The notes beneath the pieces are model-generated. The model did no database searches and had not been told where the DNA came from. It saw only the letters and a program-made list of their open reading frames with translations. A DNA stretch of 37,266 nt. It comes from Atractiella rhizophila. Taxonomy: Eukaryota. Position 1 is the stretch's first letter, and every line of letters begins with the position of its first letter. The position numbers and the translations under genes were made by a program. The stretch spans positions 65,545 to 102,810 of the forward strand of contig MU271299.1 in the NCBI GenBank assembly GCA_021432655.1. The letters run 5' to 3'. Below, one piece after another: positions 25,683 to 37,266 of this stretch.

Positions 25683-27236
25683 TTAGAAAATTGCTACTAC
25701 ATTCGCTGTAGATTGAAGAAACAAGCAGATTTGTTAACGTCACAGGGAAAGAGGAGCGAGGGGAACGTACGAGTTGACCCGACGCCTCCAGGGACATTGA
25801 GTGGAGCGGAGGAAAGGAAGAAAGTCCACCTTTTATGTTCTTCGCAGAGTTTAGACAGTCTGTTCAGCAAAAAATGCCGATTTAGTCAAAATAGTGAGAA
25901 CGAAGAGGAGGCATACTTTTCGAGATTCCACATCTCTCCAATGCTTCCATTTCCATCAAGTAGCACGTTAGAACCAGAGAATAAAGGTGGAGTGATCTAA
26001 CTTACGGCATACCTGTTCCAGATGGAGGAATAAGTACATATAGTAAAAGAAGAGAGAAGAACACGAACCCCAGAGAGCCAAGAAATATTCGTGCACTTTG
26101 TCAATTTCTGATTAGGCAGCTCTTCGACAGACATGAAATGGGTAGGCTCACGAGATGGGGACACCTTCGGCGGCCAGGCTTCAAAAGCGACAGTATCTCC
26201 TCCCACAGCCGCGAAATGATTATTCCTACGCCCCATCCCTGTTAACTCTCATAGCACGAAAGAGAGGCAAGACACACCAAAACCACTCCACGCTCTCCTC
26301 TGTACACTCCACTCCGATAAAAACTGCGTTCTCAAATGTCCCTTTCTTTCTCTCCTCCTCTCCGGCCTCCTCGTGCCACTTCACGAACCCCGTCCTGATG
26401 AGCAGAATGTCTCCGACTTTGAATTCCACTCCCTGTTCGCGAGCTACAGCTTGGAGCTCAGAAAGAGGGATTTCGTGTCGTGAGACAGGCGAAGGGACAG
26501 AGGTCGAGGATCGACGCATCTTCCACGACAACCAATCAAGCAATACGCCACGACCGACAATGCCACCGGCGGAGCAGAAGTTTGAAATACTGTTCTTGAG
26601 GCCGTGGGAACCACTAATGATCTCGTCATGACTGTCCAGACCAAACCTTTCAGCTCCCACCGAAAACATGATTGGAATGAGCACAAACGTTAGTCCGTTG
26701 TAGTATTTCCCAGATTGCCGATGCGCATAGTGCAGGAATCCGTCCCACTGAGAGCCACATTGAGTGTTGAAACTGACCTATTTACACTCGTTACCCGCGC
26801 ACAATCTAATCTAAGAGGAGAATATACCTACCTCATCGTCACACCCAATATGTCCACTTGTGGGATTGCTTTTGTCAATAATCTTCTGCTTGAAAGGAGC
26901 TCTACAACCAATCAAACTTAATGAATGCTTCGTTCACGGCTTAAAATGGTAAACGGACCGCCGAAAGCCAGGAAACTGGACGTTATTCAGCGACCAATCT
27001 AGCTGCACTCTCACCCCAGTCCTGATCTCCTCCTTCGCCGCATCCTGTACTCTTTCTGGAGTTAACAGATTCAGTGCTGTGTTACCACATCATTAATTGA
27101 CAGACAAATTTACAGATAAAAGGTGCCTACTTCCCAACTCGTCTCTCGTGCTCTTGTCTTTGCTAAACAACCCCCATGCACAGCCGTGAGGCATACCCTC
27201 GACATAGGGGAGATCCTTGAAATCGCAGATCTCCAT
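25683..27236 (-). CDS. Fungal cyclase-family (kynurenine formamidase-like) metal-dependent hydrolase
   Basis: MEICDFKDLP..GCAWGLF..DELG|TLNLLTPERV..EIRTGVRVQLDW, SQWDG, GGIVGRGVLLD, GDILLIRTG, FAAVGGDTVAFEAWP, PLNVPGGVGST|PNVVAIF* (TAA 25683-25685). Confidence 0.9.
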
Positions 27237-27682
27237 CGCTTGCTTTCTTTCTTCAGCTACGATTGATTTATTGCAAACAAGCTCCTTTGTGAAGAGCCGG
27301 TGTTTTACTTGACTCTCCGCTCCGGTTCGGAGCCGATTTGGCAGAAAAAAGGAAGGTCCCGCTCCCAGTCATCTCTTTTCTATAGAATATTTATTATTTA
27401 TAGCAGACTAATAATTATGGGAATCGTGGAGCCTCGTGTTCAACCCATCTTGCGAATGACCAAGTGTTTTTTCAGACTCAAGATACCCATTGATTATGGA
27501 TTGGCTGAGCAATGAGTATGAGAATGAATATGGTCTTGAGACAATATGGAAAACTGGAGTGCCTATAGATTCTCAATTTTTGATGCCGCACCTTTTCCAA
27601 GGTCTTGAGCCAAAATCGCCAAATGCTACAATTCGATGATTTACAACATGACAAAATATAGGCTACATCGATTGAGAGTCGT

Positions 27683-28752
27683 TTAAATGCCTCTTCCTCC
27701 GTCGACAGATACAATGATCCCCGTCACAAAATCGCTCTCCTTGCAGGCGAGATGGGCAACCATGTTAGCGATATCTTCAGGCTGAGCAATTCTTTGGATT
27801 GGAATAGTCTGCGCGAGGCGTTTTCGAGCCTCAGGGTCGTCCTTTCCTCCAGTCAGGCTATTGGTCCTGTTCATTATAGTTAATCTTGCCGGTAAGGTGA
27901 AGATTGAGATGACTGTGCGTACATTTGTGTGTTGGCGATGACTGGAGCAACGCCGTTGAAGCGAATTTGATGTGGAGCATATTCTATAGCTAATGACTTT
28001 GTCGCTCCCTCTGCTGCGGCTTTTGATGCCCTAATCCAAAATTCCATTTCTGTGTGTCTTTTGGGAGAGACACTTACGTGTAGTAAGCGAGCCCTGGCCG
28101 TGGACGCGAAGCACTCATGCTTCAGGTCATAGTCGTTAGTTATTGTGCGTGCCGAAGGATGAGGGAAGTTGCGTACCTCGTGATGTTGACAAAGTTCGCT
28201 TTGATGCCTTCTTTGATGAAATGAGGAACGAGTAGCTGGGCCGACACGAAAATCGGCTTCAAGTTAACCTTGAGAAGGCGATCGAGTGTGTCAAATCCCA
28301 TCTCGTGTGTTGGCTGCAGCCCAGATTAATATATCCATCAACTTTCAAAGGAAGCGAAAGACGCACAGTAGCGTTCATCACAATGCCTGCATTATTCACG
28401 ACTATGGTGAGCTTCCCCCATTTCTCATTTGCAGTTTTCAACGCCTCTTCCCACGGTTTTGGATCCGAAACGTCTCCCTGAATGATCTAATTTGCGCCAT
28501 TTAACTGATATTCACTGAAGGGGAAGAGGGGAAGAGACTTACAGCTACATCCTCGCGCTTGTCGTCCTTCAAAGGCTCAATGTTCCAGTCAATGATTATC
28601 ACCTTCGCTCCCTCGTTCAAAAACTTGGTGACAATTCCAGCTCCCAAGCCTATCCACGCCTTCAGTTGCTTGAATTTAGATAGTGATTGAGAGAACAACT
28701 AACCGATGGCACCCCCTGTCACGATTGCGACTTCCCCTTCGAGCTTTCCCAT
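27683..28752 (-). CDS. Classical short-chain dehydrogenase/reductase (3-oxoacyl reductase-like)
   Basis: MGKLEGEVAIVTGGA..GLGAGI, VVNNAG, RPRPGLAYY..ASK (YxxxK), IRFNGVAP, PEDIANMVAHL..FVTG..VDGGRGI*. Confidence 0.92.
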
Positions 28753-29031
28753 TCTGATTGATCCGTAATGTAAGCTCAGGATACCTTTTGAACTCCTTTC
28801 TTTCCCCCCTTTTCCTTTTTCCTTTTACAATTTGCTGCTATAGGAAAACCGGCGTGAAAACGCCGGCCGGTGTTGCCGCAGGGTTTTGCCTTTGCCGCCA
28901 TCAGCCAGACAGCAGAGGTGGGGTAGGAAGATATAGCAACGATGTTACAGGAGTCTAAAATGGCATGCTAAACTCTGAGTTACTGCTACCTTCAACTGCT
29001 GGAATCCCTTCCCGTTCTGTCTCCGGCAAGC
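28753..29031. promoter_or_regulatory. Bidirectional promoter (SDR / hydrolase) with palindromic motif pair
   Basis: AACGCCG-GC-CGGTGTT at 28859-28874, preceded by AAAACCGGCGTG. Confidence 0.65.
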
Positions 29032-30273
29032 ATGAAGTTCGTACTTGCTTACAAGCACGTTAAATCTACCCCTCTTCTCATGGATGTACACCCATCCGAT
29101 GTCTATGTGGAGGGGGGAAACCCACTTGCATTTTATTTCCACAGTGGCGGCCTCGTGAGTCTCCCCGTTTGCGTCGAATAACAAGCCTTGATGCCGAAAC
29201 GACAGACGGGAGGAAGGAGAGATGGCTTCTTCCCACAGTGGTTGGCAGATTTCGCTAACCAAAGAGGCGTACATGTCGCCAGTGCCGACTACAGACTCAT
29301 ACCTAGCTGCACGGTCGCGGACATCATTGAGGACGTGAAGGACATTTATGAGTTTGTCAGAAGCGAGGATGGGTTGCAAAGGGAATTGGAGAAGAGAGGA
29401 CTGGGGAGGGTGGATAAGAACAAGCTCCTCGTGTGAGTTTTCCTTCCCTCGCAGTGGGACAGCCCTAAGTTTTCTACTGCTCAAGAACGGGAGGAAGTGC
29501 AGGTGAGCTGTGCTCCTTCCACTCGTCCGATTGGACTCTGATCAATGTTATGAAGGTGTCTACTGCGCTCTCCAGTTGACTCTCCATCTTCTTTCTTCAG
29601 CTTCCAAACATCCACCTCCTCTGGGATTCCTCAATCTGTACGGTGAGCTTGACATAGGCGCGCGGCAGCACAACCATCCTCCTTTCTCCCTCCCAGAGGA
29701 GTATCGCTACCTTTGGGATAACAACCGGGCTCCAGTGACGGGGACAGATGTGAAGTGGTTCTACACTCCGGTTGAAGAGTGTTCCAATGCGGTCGAGAGA
29801 GAGGAGGCAGACCAAACCACTTTGTGCGTCCTGCCATCCTATTCTTCGCTTAGTGTCTGATAGGCAGAAACAGGACGTCAAAGCTTTTCGCGGCAGGTAT
29901 TTTAGCAGACGCGTTCACATCTTCGGACAGCCTGTCCCGCGCGCTTGCAGAGCAGAAAGACGATTCTCTTGAAACTCAAGCGGCAACGATCCCCTCAGAG
30001 CTTCATTGCTTTTTCCCACTTCTCCAGATCCCCAGTTCCTTTCCTCCAACCCTCATCTTTCATGGGGAACAAGATGCGGCAATCCAAATATCTGAATCCG
30101 AGCGTTTTGCAGAGAAGTTGAAACAGGTCGGGGTTCCGGAAGAGAAGATCAAGTTCGTCAGAATTCAAGGCGAGGGCAGCGGCCATGGATTTGATAGAGG
30201 GGATGGTTTTGAAAAGTATTGGGAGAGCGTGATGAAAGAGAAGATGGAGTGGTTGTTTGAATTCGTAAATTGA
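29032..30273 (+). CDS. Alpha/beta hydrolase (HSL-like esterase/lipase family)
   Basis: MKFVLAYK..FYFHSGGL (HGGG-like oxyanion motif), ADYRLIP, nucleophile GGSAG, FLIFHGEQD, GHGFD. Ends ...WLFEFVN* at 30273. Confidence 0.88.
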
Positions 30274-30627
30274 ATGTTGTGAGTACTTCCTCGTCGCGCT
30301 TAATACTGCTTGGAGAGGCTAAGTTGATTCTGGGTCAGAAACAAACTCATATTTATCCTCACTGTAGTCGGGTTAGCTGACGCAATAACGAAGGCCCTGT
30401 CATTATCCTGTAAAATGACTGACAATCACATTACACAACCATACCCGCAATCCAAATGTTCGAAGTACATCGACTTTCCCAATCTCATACCTTCTTGACT
30501 GCCTGGCAGGCTTTGCCCTATTCTCTCGAGCCTCTTAATGAGAGGACTGCGTTTCCTTGACAATGCGTTGAGCTCATACTAGCACATTCTTAAAGCTTGA
30601 ACCTTTTACCACCTCAAGGTTCCGTGG

Positions 30628-30928
30628 ATGTCCTCCATCAATGCCCTCCAGGCCTCCAGTCAATCCAGTTCTCCAGCGGCGACCGAAGATGTAGTGTACG
30701 TACAAAATGCCGAGATATACAAATGGCTTGATGATTTCTTCACCAAACTCTTGGTAAGTGAATTATCAAGCAGAAACATGGCTAACGGTAGCGTAGATTC
30801 ATAAAGATCAATGGACCAGAGAAGAGGCTGGCATCGTTTTCAAAGTGAGGTCAACGAAGCCTCCGTCAAAGGTTACGTATTCAAATTTATCTCTTGAAAT
30901 AACTCTGCAAGTCACACTTTGTACGTGA
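30628..30928 (+). other. Possible small spliced orphan ORF or gene remnant
   Basis: Canonical GTAAGT..GCTAAC..TAG intron (30754-30796) joins two open frames in phase (..WLDDFFTKLL|IHKDQWTREEAG..). No recognisable family. Confidence 0.25.
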
Positions 30929-31394
30929 CTTTCTTTACGGGCTCCTCAAAATGCTCAATGATTGCATGTTGATAGCAGGCCGTCATAGGAGTCCTTCAGA
31001 ATTGTTGTATTGACCAAAGGACGCTAGCGTGCGCTAATTGCAGAACTCAATGTTAAGCCCAGACTCAAACATTGAAGCTCTTGAACACATAATGCACTGC
31101 CACCTAATCCCAAACGACTATTTTTCTTACCCAGATTTCATCGCGCCACTTTCCACAACGATACGCAGTCGGCCACAACAATGGACGCAGCCGCCGTCCG
31201 CTCGCATCTCGTCTCCTTGTAAATGACCCGGATCGTCGGGCGCGATCAAGTTCCCTTTCCCTTTGTTCTCAAATCGTCTCACTTGTCCAACCTTGCCTCT
31301 TGTACGGGGTTCCGAATCCCCTGGTCACATCGTATATATACCCCTTGTCTTTCTGGTTGTTTTGTGGTTACGATCCGAGTGGAGGGAAGTGAGG

Positions 31395-33153
31395 ATGGAG
31401 CGGAAGAATACGCTCACGAAGCGATTGCCCTTTTTTGGTGCGTGGCACCTCTTCCTCCCTTGTGATGCGTGTGCGGAACTCCTAATGGATTTGGTGGTTC
31501 GACTGGTCAGGGAAAAAGAAAATGACAATTTCTGGGCCAACTGATGCGACGCTTCTCATTCATGGGGCTGAGAATCCCGACACCGGGGAGATCACTGTTT
31601 GTCCTCTCCCTTGTTTTCATGTCTGATCCTCAAAGTGTTCGTGTGACAGGGACTACCCCACGAATGGGCTCGGGCGCTTTCATCGTCAGACCAGAACGAT
31701 ACCGTGCTTCATGTCCAAAGAGGCGGACTGAAGATCGAGATACCCTCTCCGCAACGGAAAACACGAGGAAGACAATTGTCCATTTCTCTCGCCCCTCAGA
31801 TAACCTCGCCCACGTCCCCAACCTCCCCCACTTCTCCCCGCTCTTCGACCTCGACTCCAAAAACCAGCTACGAACGGCAACCGAACTGGACCCAGCTTCA
31901 GATCGCTGGTGGGCAGGGCTGGGACGGTTCGATCCCACCTCACGTTATGGAGGTTGAGGGATGTGAGGTGCTATGGAGGGCGTTGATGGGAGTGGTGAGA
32001 CATGAAGATGAAGAGGAAGAGAAAGGGGATAAGCGGAAGGGGTATGCACAGATTGGAGACTTTGAGAATGGGTTCGTCTTTGCTCCTTCCCTTTCTCCCA
32101 ACTAACAACTCCATGGGGCTGCGTTGGATCGTGCAGCAACACATCCGTCGTCCAAACTGCCTATCAACGTGGAACCAACGAGGTGGTGGCAATCAAGCGG
32201 CTTTCCATCCGTGTACCCGGCCCGCGTCTTAAATCTCGCCTCATATCTCTAGTCTCCGAAATCACTTGCCTACGAATGCTCAGCGCAGATATGCCACGGC
32301 ATGAGTCTTTTGTTCCCCGATTCGTCGACGCTTTCGTGCACGGTGGAGAGGCATGGATAGTTTGCGTAATGGCCGACCTGGGCAATCTATTCCACATCCT
32401 TCAACAGTACGCTTTTATGCCTCTCTCTCACTCCAAAGAAGATATACAAGTGGGGTAACAGGGATCCCGAAATACAGCAAGTTGATCTGAGACTCCCTCA
32501 GATTGCATATATCATGCGTTGTCTTCTCCTTGGACTCTCCCACCTACACACCGTCCATCAAATCCTCCACCGCTCCCTCAAATCCGAAGAAGTACTCATA
32601 ACGTACGACGGTCGGATCCAGCTGTGCGACTTTGGGAACAGCGTCTTACCGCCCACCTTCCTTCCTCAGGACACCTCATGGCGCTCCCGCATCTCTGGCG
32701 CACCGCATGCCCTTCCCCCCGAATGCTCCAGGGGAGAGCCGTACGACAGGTTTGGGGAGGTGTATGGTGTGGGTATGATTGCGTTCGAGTGCACGTACGG
32801 ACCGTGCATTTGGAGAGAGTGGGAGCCGGCCAAGGTTCTCCATGTTCTGGCGAGGTGTGTCCATCCTCCATCCTCCATCCAACCCCTTCCCTTCCTTAAC
32901 TTGAATCACCGCCTAAATGATGCGACGTAGGCATGGACCACCACCGCTTTCCATCCCTGACAAACTTCCCCCTTTGCTCCTCCGCTTTCTTCGCCACACG
33001 ATGTCGGAAAGGGAGCAGAGGTGGAACATCCGTCAGCTGTTGGGGGACGAGATTGGATTTTTGAAGTTGGCGGAATCGAAGGAGGAGGATGGGAGGGGAC
33101 AGAGGGAGGCAATAAGAGATTTGGCGAGGAGGGTGAAACTTGAACGTTCTTGA
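31395..33153 (+). CDS. PAK/Ste20-like pseudokinase with a degenerate CRIB (p21-binding) domain
   Basis: Spliced model MERKNTLTKRLPFFG|KKKMTISGPTDATLLIHGAENPDTGEIT|GLPHEW (CRIB-like), then VVAIK, GLSHLH..ILHRSLKSEEVL..IQLCDFG, GAPHALPPEC, EVYGVG, HGPP. Confidence 0.8.
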
Positions 33154-33337
33154 GTGTCGAAAAGATGCAGGAAGGGATGGACATCCAATCAATCGTTCGA
33201 TCGGACTAGCAATCAGTTGAATGAGTAAAAGCTGCAGCAGTCATGGTTTGTAGAAGGCACGTATCACTTTCAAGCGCAGATATGTAATCGTAATATACAT
33301 GCACCACAAGTTTGAAGTTTTCTGGAAATATGAGCCA

Positions 33338-34269
33338 TCAGTGCATCTCCAAACTCATGCCATCATGAATCTCATAATCTTCCAGGGTGATATGGTCCTT
33401 ATAGATGGTGTACCACTTCTTCAACACTATCTTCTCCGCTTTATTTCCCGTCTGCGCCGCTATCAGCTTTTTGAGGTCTCCAACGGTGTCTTGAGGTGAA
33501 CACTTTACACGCACTGTATCGACATTTTGGGTTAGTGTCCATAGTCAGTGAGGGCAGGGAGAGTGTGGCGTACCTTTTCGCCCCAATCTGTCGTTGGCGA
33601 TGACTTCAATCAACCCAGCAGCGAAGGCGGTGGCCGTGTCAACTGGACTTGGCGCTCGAGGAGGGGGGAGATCATCTGTGCGCACTGGTCAGCATCCATC
33701 CTATGTGAGAGAAAGCATAGGGTGGCAACGTCGAAAGAAAAGATGTACGCGATGAAGGAAGTAAAGAAATTCAGGGGAATGACTAACCCAATTCTTCCTG
33801 CGTAGGAGCCGCCGTCTTGGAAGCATCTTTGAAGTGCATCTTCCGGCCCTTCAGCTTCTCCTTCGGCGCGAACGCTCTCGGAGCAGATAATTCCTCCTCC
33901 TTCGGTTCATCATCCTCCCTCCCACGTCCTCGGGGCGGGTAATCCCTGTCACGACGAGAGCTCCAGCCGTAATCCCTATCCCTATCCCCGTCCCGCCGAG
34001 AAGAGGAGCCATAATCCCTCCTCCTTTCATCCCGTCCGTCCCTCCGGTCTTCTTTCCTATCGTCTCTTGAATCTCGTCTCTTACTATCCCGTCTGCTGTC
34101 GTCACGGTATCGTCGCTCTCGTGAACGCGAACGGGACCTTTCTCTGCGTGGCGGAGGAGCACGACGGTCTGGCGAACGGGAGCGAGATCTTCCCTGTTCC
34201 GTACCAGAGTGTATAAGCACTCTTCCTAAGGGATAAGCAAATAATTACGCTTTGAGTAGTTTCCCCCAT
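33338..34269 (-). CDS. HUB1: Ubiquitin-like protein 5 / Hub1 domain with a long N-terminal RS/RD-rich extension
   Basis: C-terminal [71 protein letters not shown] is a clear UBL5/Hub1 sequence. It is spliced in frame to [27 protein letters not shown]. Confidence 0.9.
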
Positions 34270-34376
34270 TTCCCTCTTTCGTCTTCGCAGTTTCTTCTCC
34301 TGGAGCGGCGGACCTCCAAAATTCCTTTCTGATACTACCTTTATTAAGCGTTGGAAGGCTCTGTGTGTATGTCTAT

Positions 34377-34448
34377 TCCTCAGTAGTCCAACGGTCAGGA
34401 CATCTGTCTTTCACACAGAAGACCCGAGTTCGACTCTCGGCTGGGGAG
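34377..34448 (+). tRNA. tRNA-Glu: tRNA-Glu (anticodon TTC), intronless
   Basis: 72 nt. Acceptor stem TCCTCAG/CTGGGGA, anticodon arm TCTGT-CTTTCAC-ACAGA, T arm CCGAG-TTCGACT-CTCGG, followed by a TTTTT Pol III terminator. Confidence 0.95.
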
Positions 34449-34966
34449 AATCTTTTTATCTGTTTGTCACTTTTTGAACCCAATTCGATCTCGTTAATAT
34501 TCCGTGTATTTACAGCTCACTGATCCAGGAATCGGGCATCGACTGTTTAACCAAACCAAAACTGCCTGCACTCGCCACACGCATGTAGAGTAGCATTGTT
34601 TTCCTTCTTCCTTAATTAAACTCAGGCAGGTTGTACGTACAGTCTGCGTTACAAGCTTTGAGACAGCTGGAACTTGAATAATCGAAGCAGGGGCATCGAT
34701 GGCAGCACATTCCAGGTGACATAAAAGGTTCAAAAGGTTTGCGTGTTTCAGCTGTGATTGTGTAGTGCCAAGGTGAGTTTCAATGCACATTCAATGTTTA
34801 GTAAATTTGTTACTGGACAACGCGAAAGTTCATAGGGTGGTATGCTCAAGTGAGGGAATGGGCTTCAACCTCTGACGGTCCAATCAGCCCCTGTGTTGAC
34901 TTAATTGATGGGATTGTAGGCTAACGATTGCAAACTTGCAGTGGAAAGTACAATTACCAAAGTCTC

Positions 34967-36589
34967 ATGATTACGAGTAGGATAGTAAAACAGCTCCTGC
35001 AGCGCTCGCAAACCACCAAACCTAACAGTACGAGGAAGGCAAAGAGAGCCGACCTTCAATCGTTACCTCCAGAACTTGTCGTCCTGATTTTTCAGCATGT
35101 CTTTACCGCTGTGGGATCCGTGTGCTTCTCCCACCTCCTCACACTCTCGAAAGGCTTTTATCCCATCTTACGCTCAATTTTATTTTCTAAAGTACACATA
35201 CGAGCGGACAACTATCAAAAATTTATTTCAATTCTCGAATCTAACGACTACCTTGCCTCGTCACTTCAACATCTTGTGGTTCGCCGGCCCAGAATGTATC
35301 ACGAGGATAGTAACACGGGAGCCTTCAGGTATTTAAGCTGCATTCCGCTGTCTGCCACCAAAGCGTTACGAACTCTTACCTGGCCTGCTATCCACAAGCA
35401 TCTTTTTGTCCTAAATTGGTCAATCCCTGTCTTCCCAATGCTTCAAATACTCGAGATTTCCGCACTGGAGCAAGGAAATATTCTCGACCTAGTCCCTTCG
35501 TTTTGGTCTGGGTTTCCAGCCTTGGAAACTCTGATCATAAAAAGCTCTGAGCACGGTCCTTTATGGATTTCTTTCGACGAACCCGAGGCTCCAGAATTAA
35601 CGAAACTTGTTCTTGACACACGCCCAGGACCTCAATATCGATTTCATCCTCTACCACGGTTACAGGAATCACTTAGATGTCTTTCTCTACGAGAGTCTAC
35701 GCTCTCGGACAATGTTGATTTGGAGGCCATCCTACTTTCTCTCACTTGCTTAAGAGAGCTGAGCCTTCTTGATATTTCGCGGCCCGTTTCCGCTCTTTTG
35801 CCCAATCTGACTGAGCTGCACCTTGAAGGTCCTAATATGCCGAGGGACGTGTTTTTCAGTGCAACTTCGCTCCGCCGGTCGTTGTGTGACATCTTTCCAA
35901 ACCTGTCTAAGTTTCGTTCGCTCCAATCACTCACCCTGGAGAAACTCTTTGTCCACACGAGCCGTTCCCCTGAGTTTGAGTTCGCACTGAATTACTTGCG
36001 CTTATCTTATTGTCAGGTTGATGCATCGTCAGGGTTGTTGATCGCGGCTACAAGGGACCTGTCGATCCGTGCCACCAACCTATTGAGCGTATTTTCTTTC
36101 CGACTATCTTTCCCGAAACTCATTGCGATCGAACTCCATGGTTCATTCGAAGACTTAAAACCTTTCGAATCAGCAGCGGTGAACCTGTCGGCGCTTTCAT
36201 TCTTACATAATGAGTTGCCATCCATGCGATTACCTGACGAAGAGCTGAACTTCAATTTTCCTATTCTGAAGAAACTGTCACTTCACGCAACGGCGTCAAG
36301 GAAGCGATTCGACATGCTCACTGCGCTGGTGACCCACGTGGAAAAACGGAAGATGGATAAGCTAGAAAACGTCGAGCTCTGGTTTAGCGATGTGAGTCTC
36401 CTTTCCAACTAACTTAATATGTTAAGGTCCTGCTAGTACGAGTTCAACGTATTGTCAAGGAAACGCGATGCCCTCATAAAGAAGCTCACAAGAGCAGGAC
36501 TGAGCGTGAGCTTTCACAACAAAGATTTGCATTTGCACGATGGGTCAAGCCGGTGGAACTCCTGGAAAGCTGACCTACTCCTAAATTGA
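34967..36589 (+). CDS. F-box-like / leucine-rich-repeat-like protein
   Basis: N-terminal F-box-like LQSLPPELVVLIFQHV and repeated LxxLxL segments (FPMLQILEI, FPALETLII, SLRCLSL, LPNLTELHL, FPKLIAIEL, FPILKKLSL). A probable intron from GTGAGT at 36392 extends the frame to TGA 36587-36589. Confidence 0.75.
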
Positions 36590-36899
36590 AGCTGTAGAGT
36601 GTACATGGACGATATTACCATATGAGGGTTAGTCGACGTTAGTCCCTTCAATGATACCTAGAGCGGTTAACTTCTTGAATTGTCCATCATCATGTACGGC
36701 ACAGTGAGTCCACAGACATAGACTGGCTGAACTAGGTTGTTTGGTGCGCCTGTTTGCGACAGGTTGACTCTTACGTTCTGAGGAGTGAGGCCCCAATCGT
36801 TGAACCACGCATCAAATGCGCATGTACCTTCTCTGTTATCTTCCCAACGCTTACGCTCGTACGAGGTCTGTCACCGTAGTCAATGGGACATTCCTCGCA

Positions 36900-37266
36900 A
36901 AAAGACAAGTACACAGGGCTACGAACTCTCATGGGCAATTCAGTCTATCACAGATTGGTCTATTCCCGTCTTTCCGAAACTTCGATTGCTAGCTTTATCT
37001 GGAGTAGAAGAAGGAAATATTCTCGATCTCGTCACTTTATTTTGGTCTTCCTTTCCAGTCTTGAATACTCTGATCATAAAAGGTGCTCACATGTGGATAT
37101 CTTTCGACAACGCCGAACCTCCAAAATAAATTGACAAAACTGGTGTTTGAGATGCGAAGCGGTTACGAACGGCCATTTTATTCTATCCCACATTTACAGC
37201 GCTCGCTTAGATGTCTCTCCCTCCGAGAATCGACGATCCCTGAGAGCGTTGACTTACCAGCAGTCC
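36900..37266 (+). pseudogene. Disrupted paralog of the adjacent F-box/LRR-like gene, running off the right edge
   Basis: WSIPVFPKLRLLALSGVEEGNILDLV..FWSSFP..WISFD..PPK aligns with WSIPVFPMLQILEISALEQGNILDLV..FWSGFP..WISFD. TAA at 37127-37129 plus a frameshift precedes LTKLVF..SLRCLSLREST. No F-box N-terminus seen upstream. Confidence 0.8.

Noticed and set aside
31544..31957. 137-aa ORF as the kinase N-terminus
   Set aside because: Alternative frames joined by a GT-AG intron give a CRIB-like motif continuous with the kinase exons, so this ORF is an off-frame overlap.
34494..34790. 98-aa minus-strand ORF between the tRNA and the F-box gene
   Set aside because: No recognisable motif or splice support.

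Overview
Intron-rich fungal genomic DNA (basidiomycete-like: many ~45-130 nt GT-AG introns). Left end: a decayed Ty1/copia retrotransposon (1-3303, minus) and a ~670-bp non-autonomous inverted-repeat element. From 4592 to 30273 lies a compact eight-gene cluster that looks catabolic and has no PKS, NRPS or terpene synthase: type I Baeyer-Villiger/flavin monooxygenase, divergent acetoacetyl-CoA-synthetase-family ligase (C-terminal AKL), Zn2Cys6 transcription factor, DAL5-type MFS transporter, 3-ketoacyl-CoA thiolase, cyclase-family hydrolase, SDR and alpha/beta hydrolase. Six of the eight genes form three divergent pairs, and the promoters of all seven enzyme/transporter genes carry a shared AACRCCG/CGGYGTT motif. 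Two near-identical head-to-tail duplications interrupt the cluster (3084 bp inside the TF gene; ~2.39 kb over MFS exon 1, the promoter and most of the thiolase, joined by A48); these may be real or may be haplotype mis-assembly. Right of the cluster: a PAK/Ste20-like pseudokinase with a degenerate CRIB, a HUB1/UBL5 domain fused behind an RS/RD-rich N-terminus, tRNA-Glu(TTC), an F-box/LRR-like gene and a broken paralog. Exon models were built by eye; internal splice boundaries are approximate.
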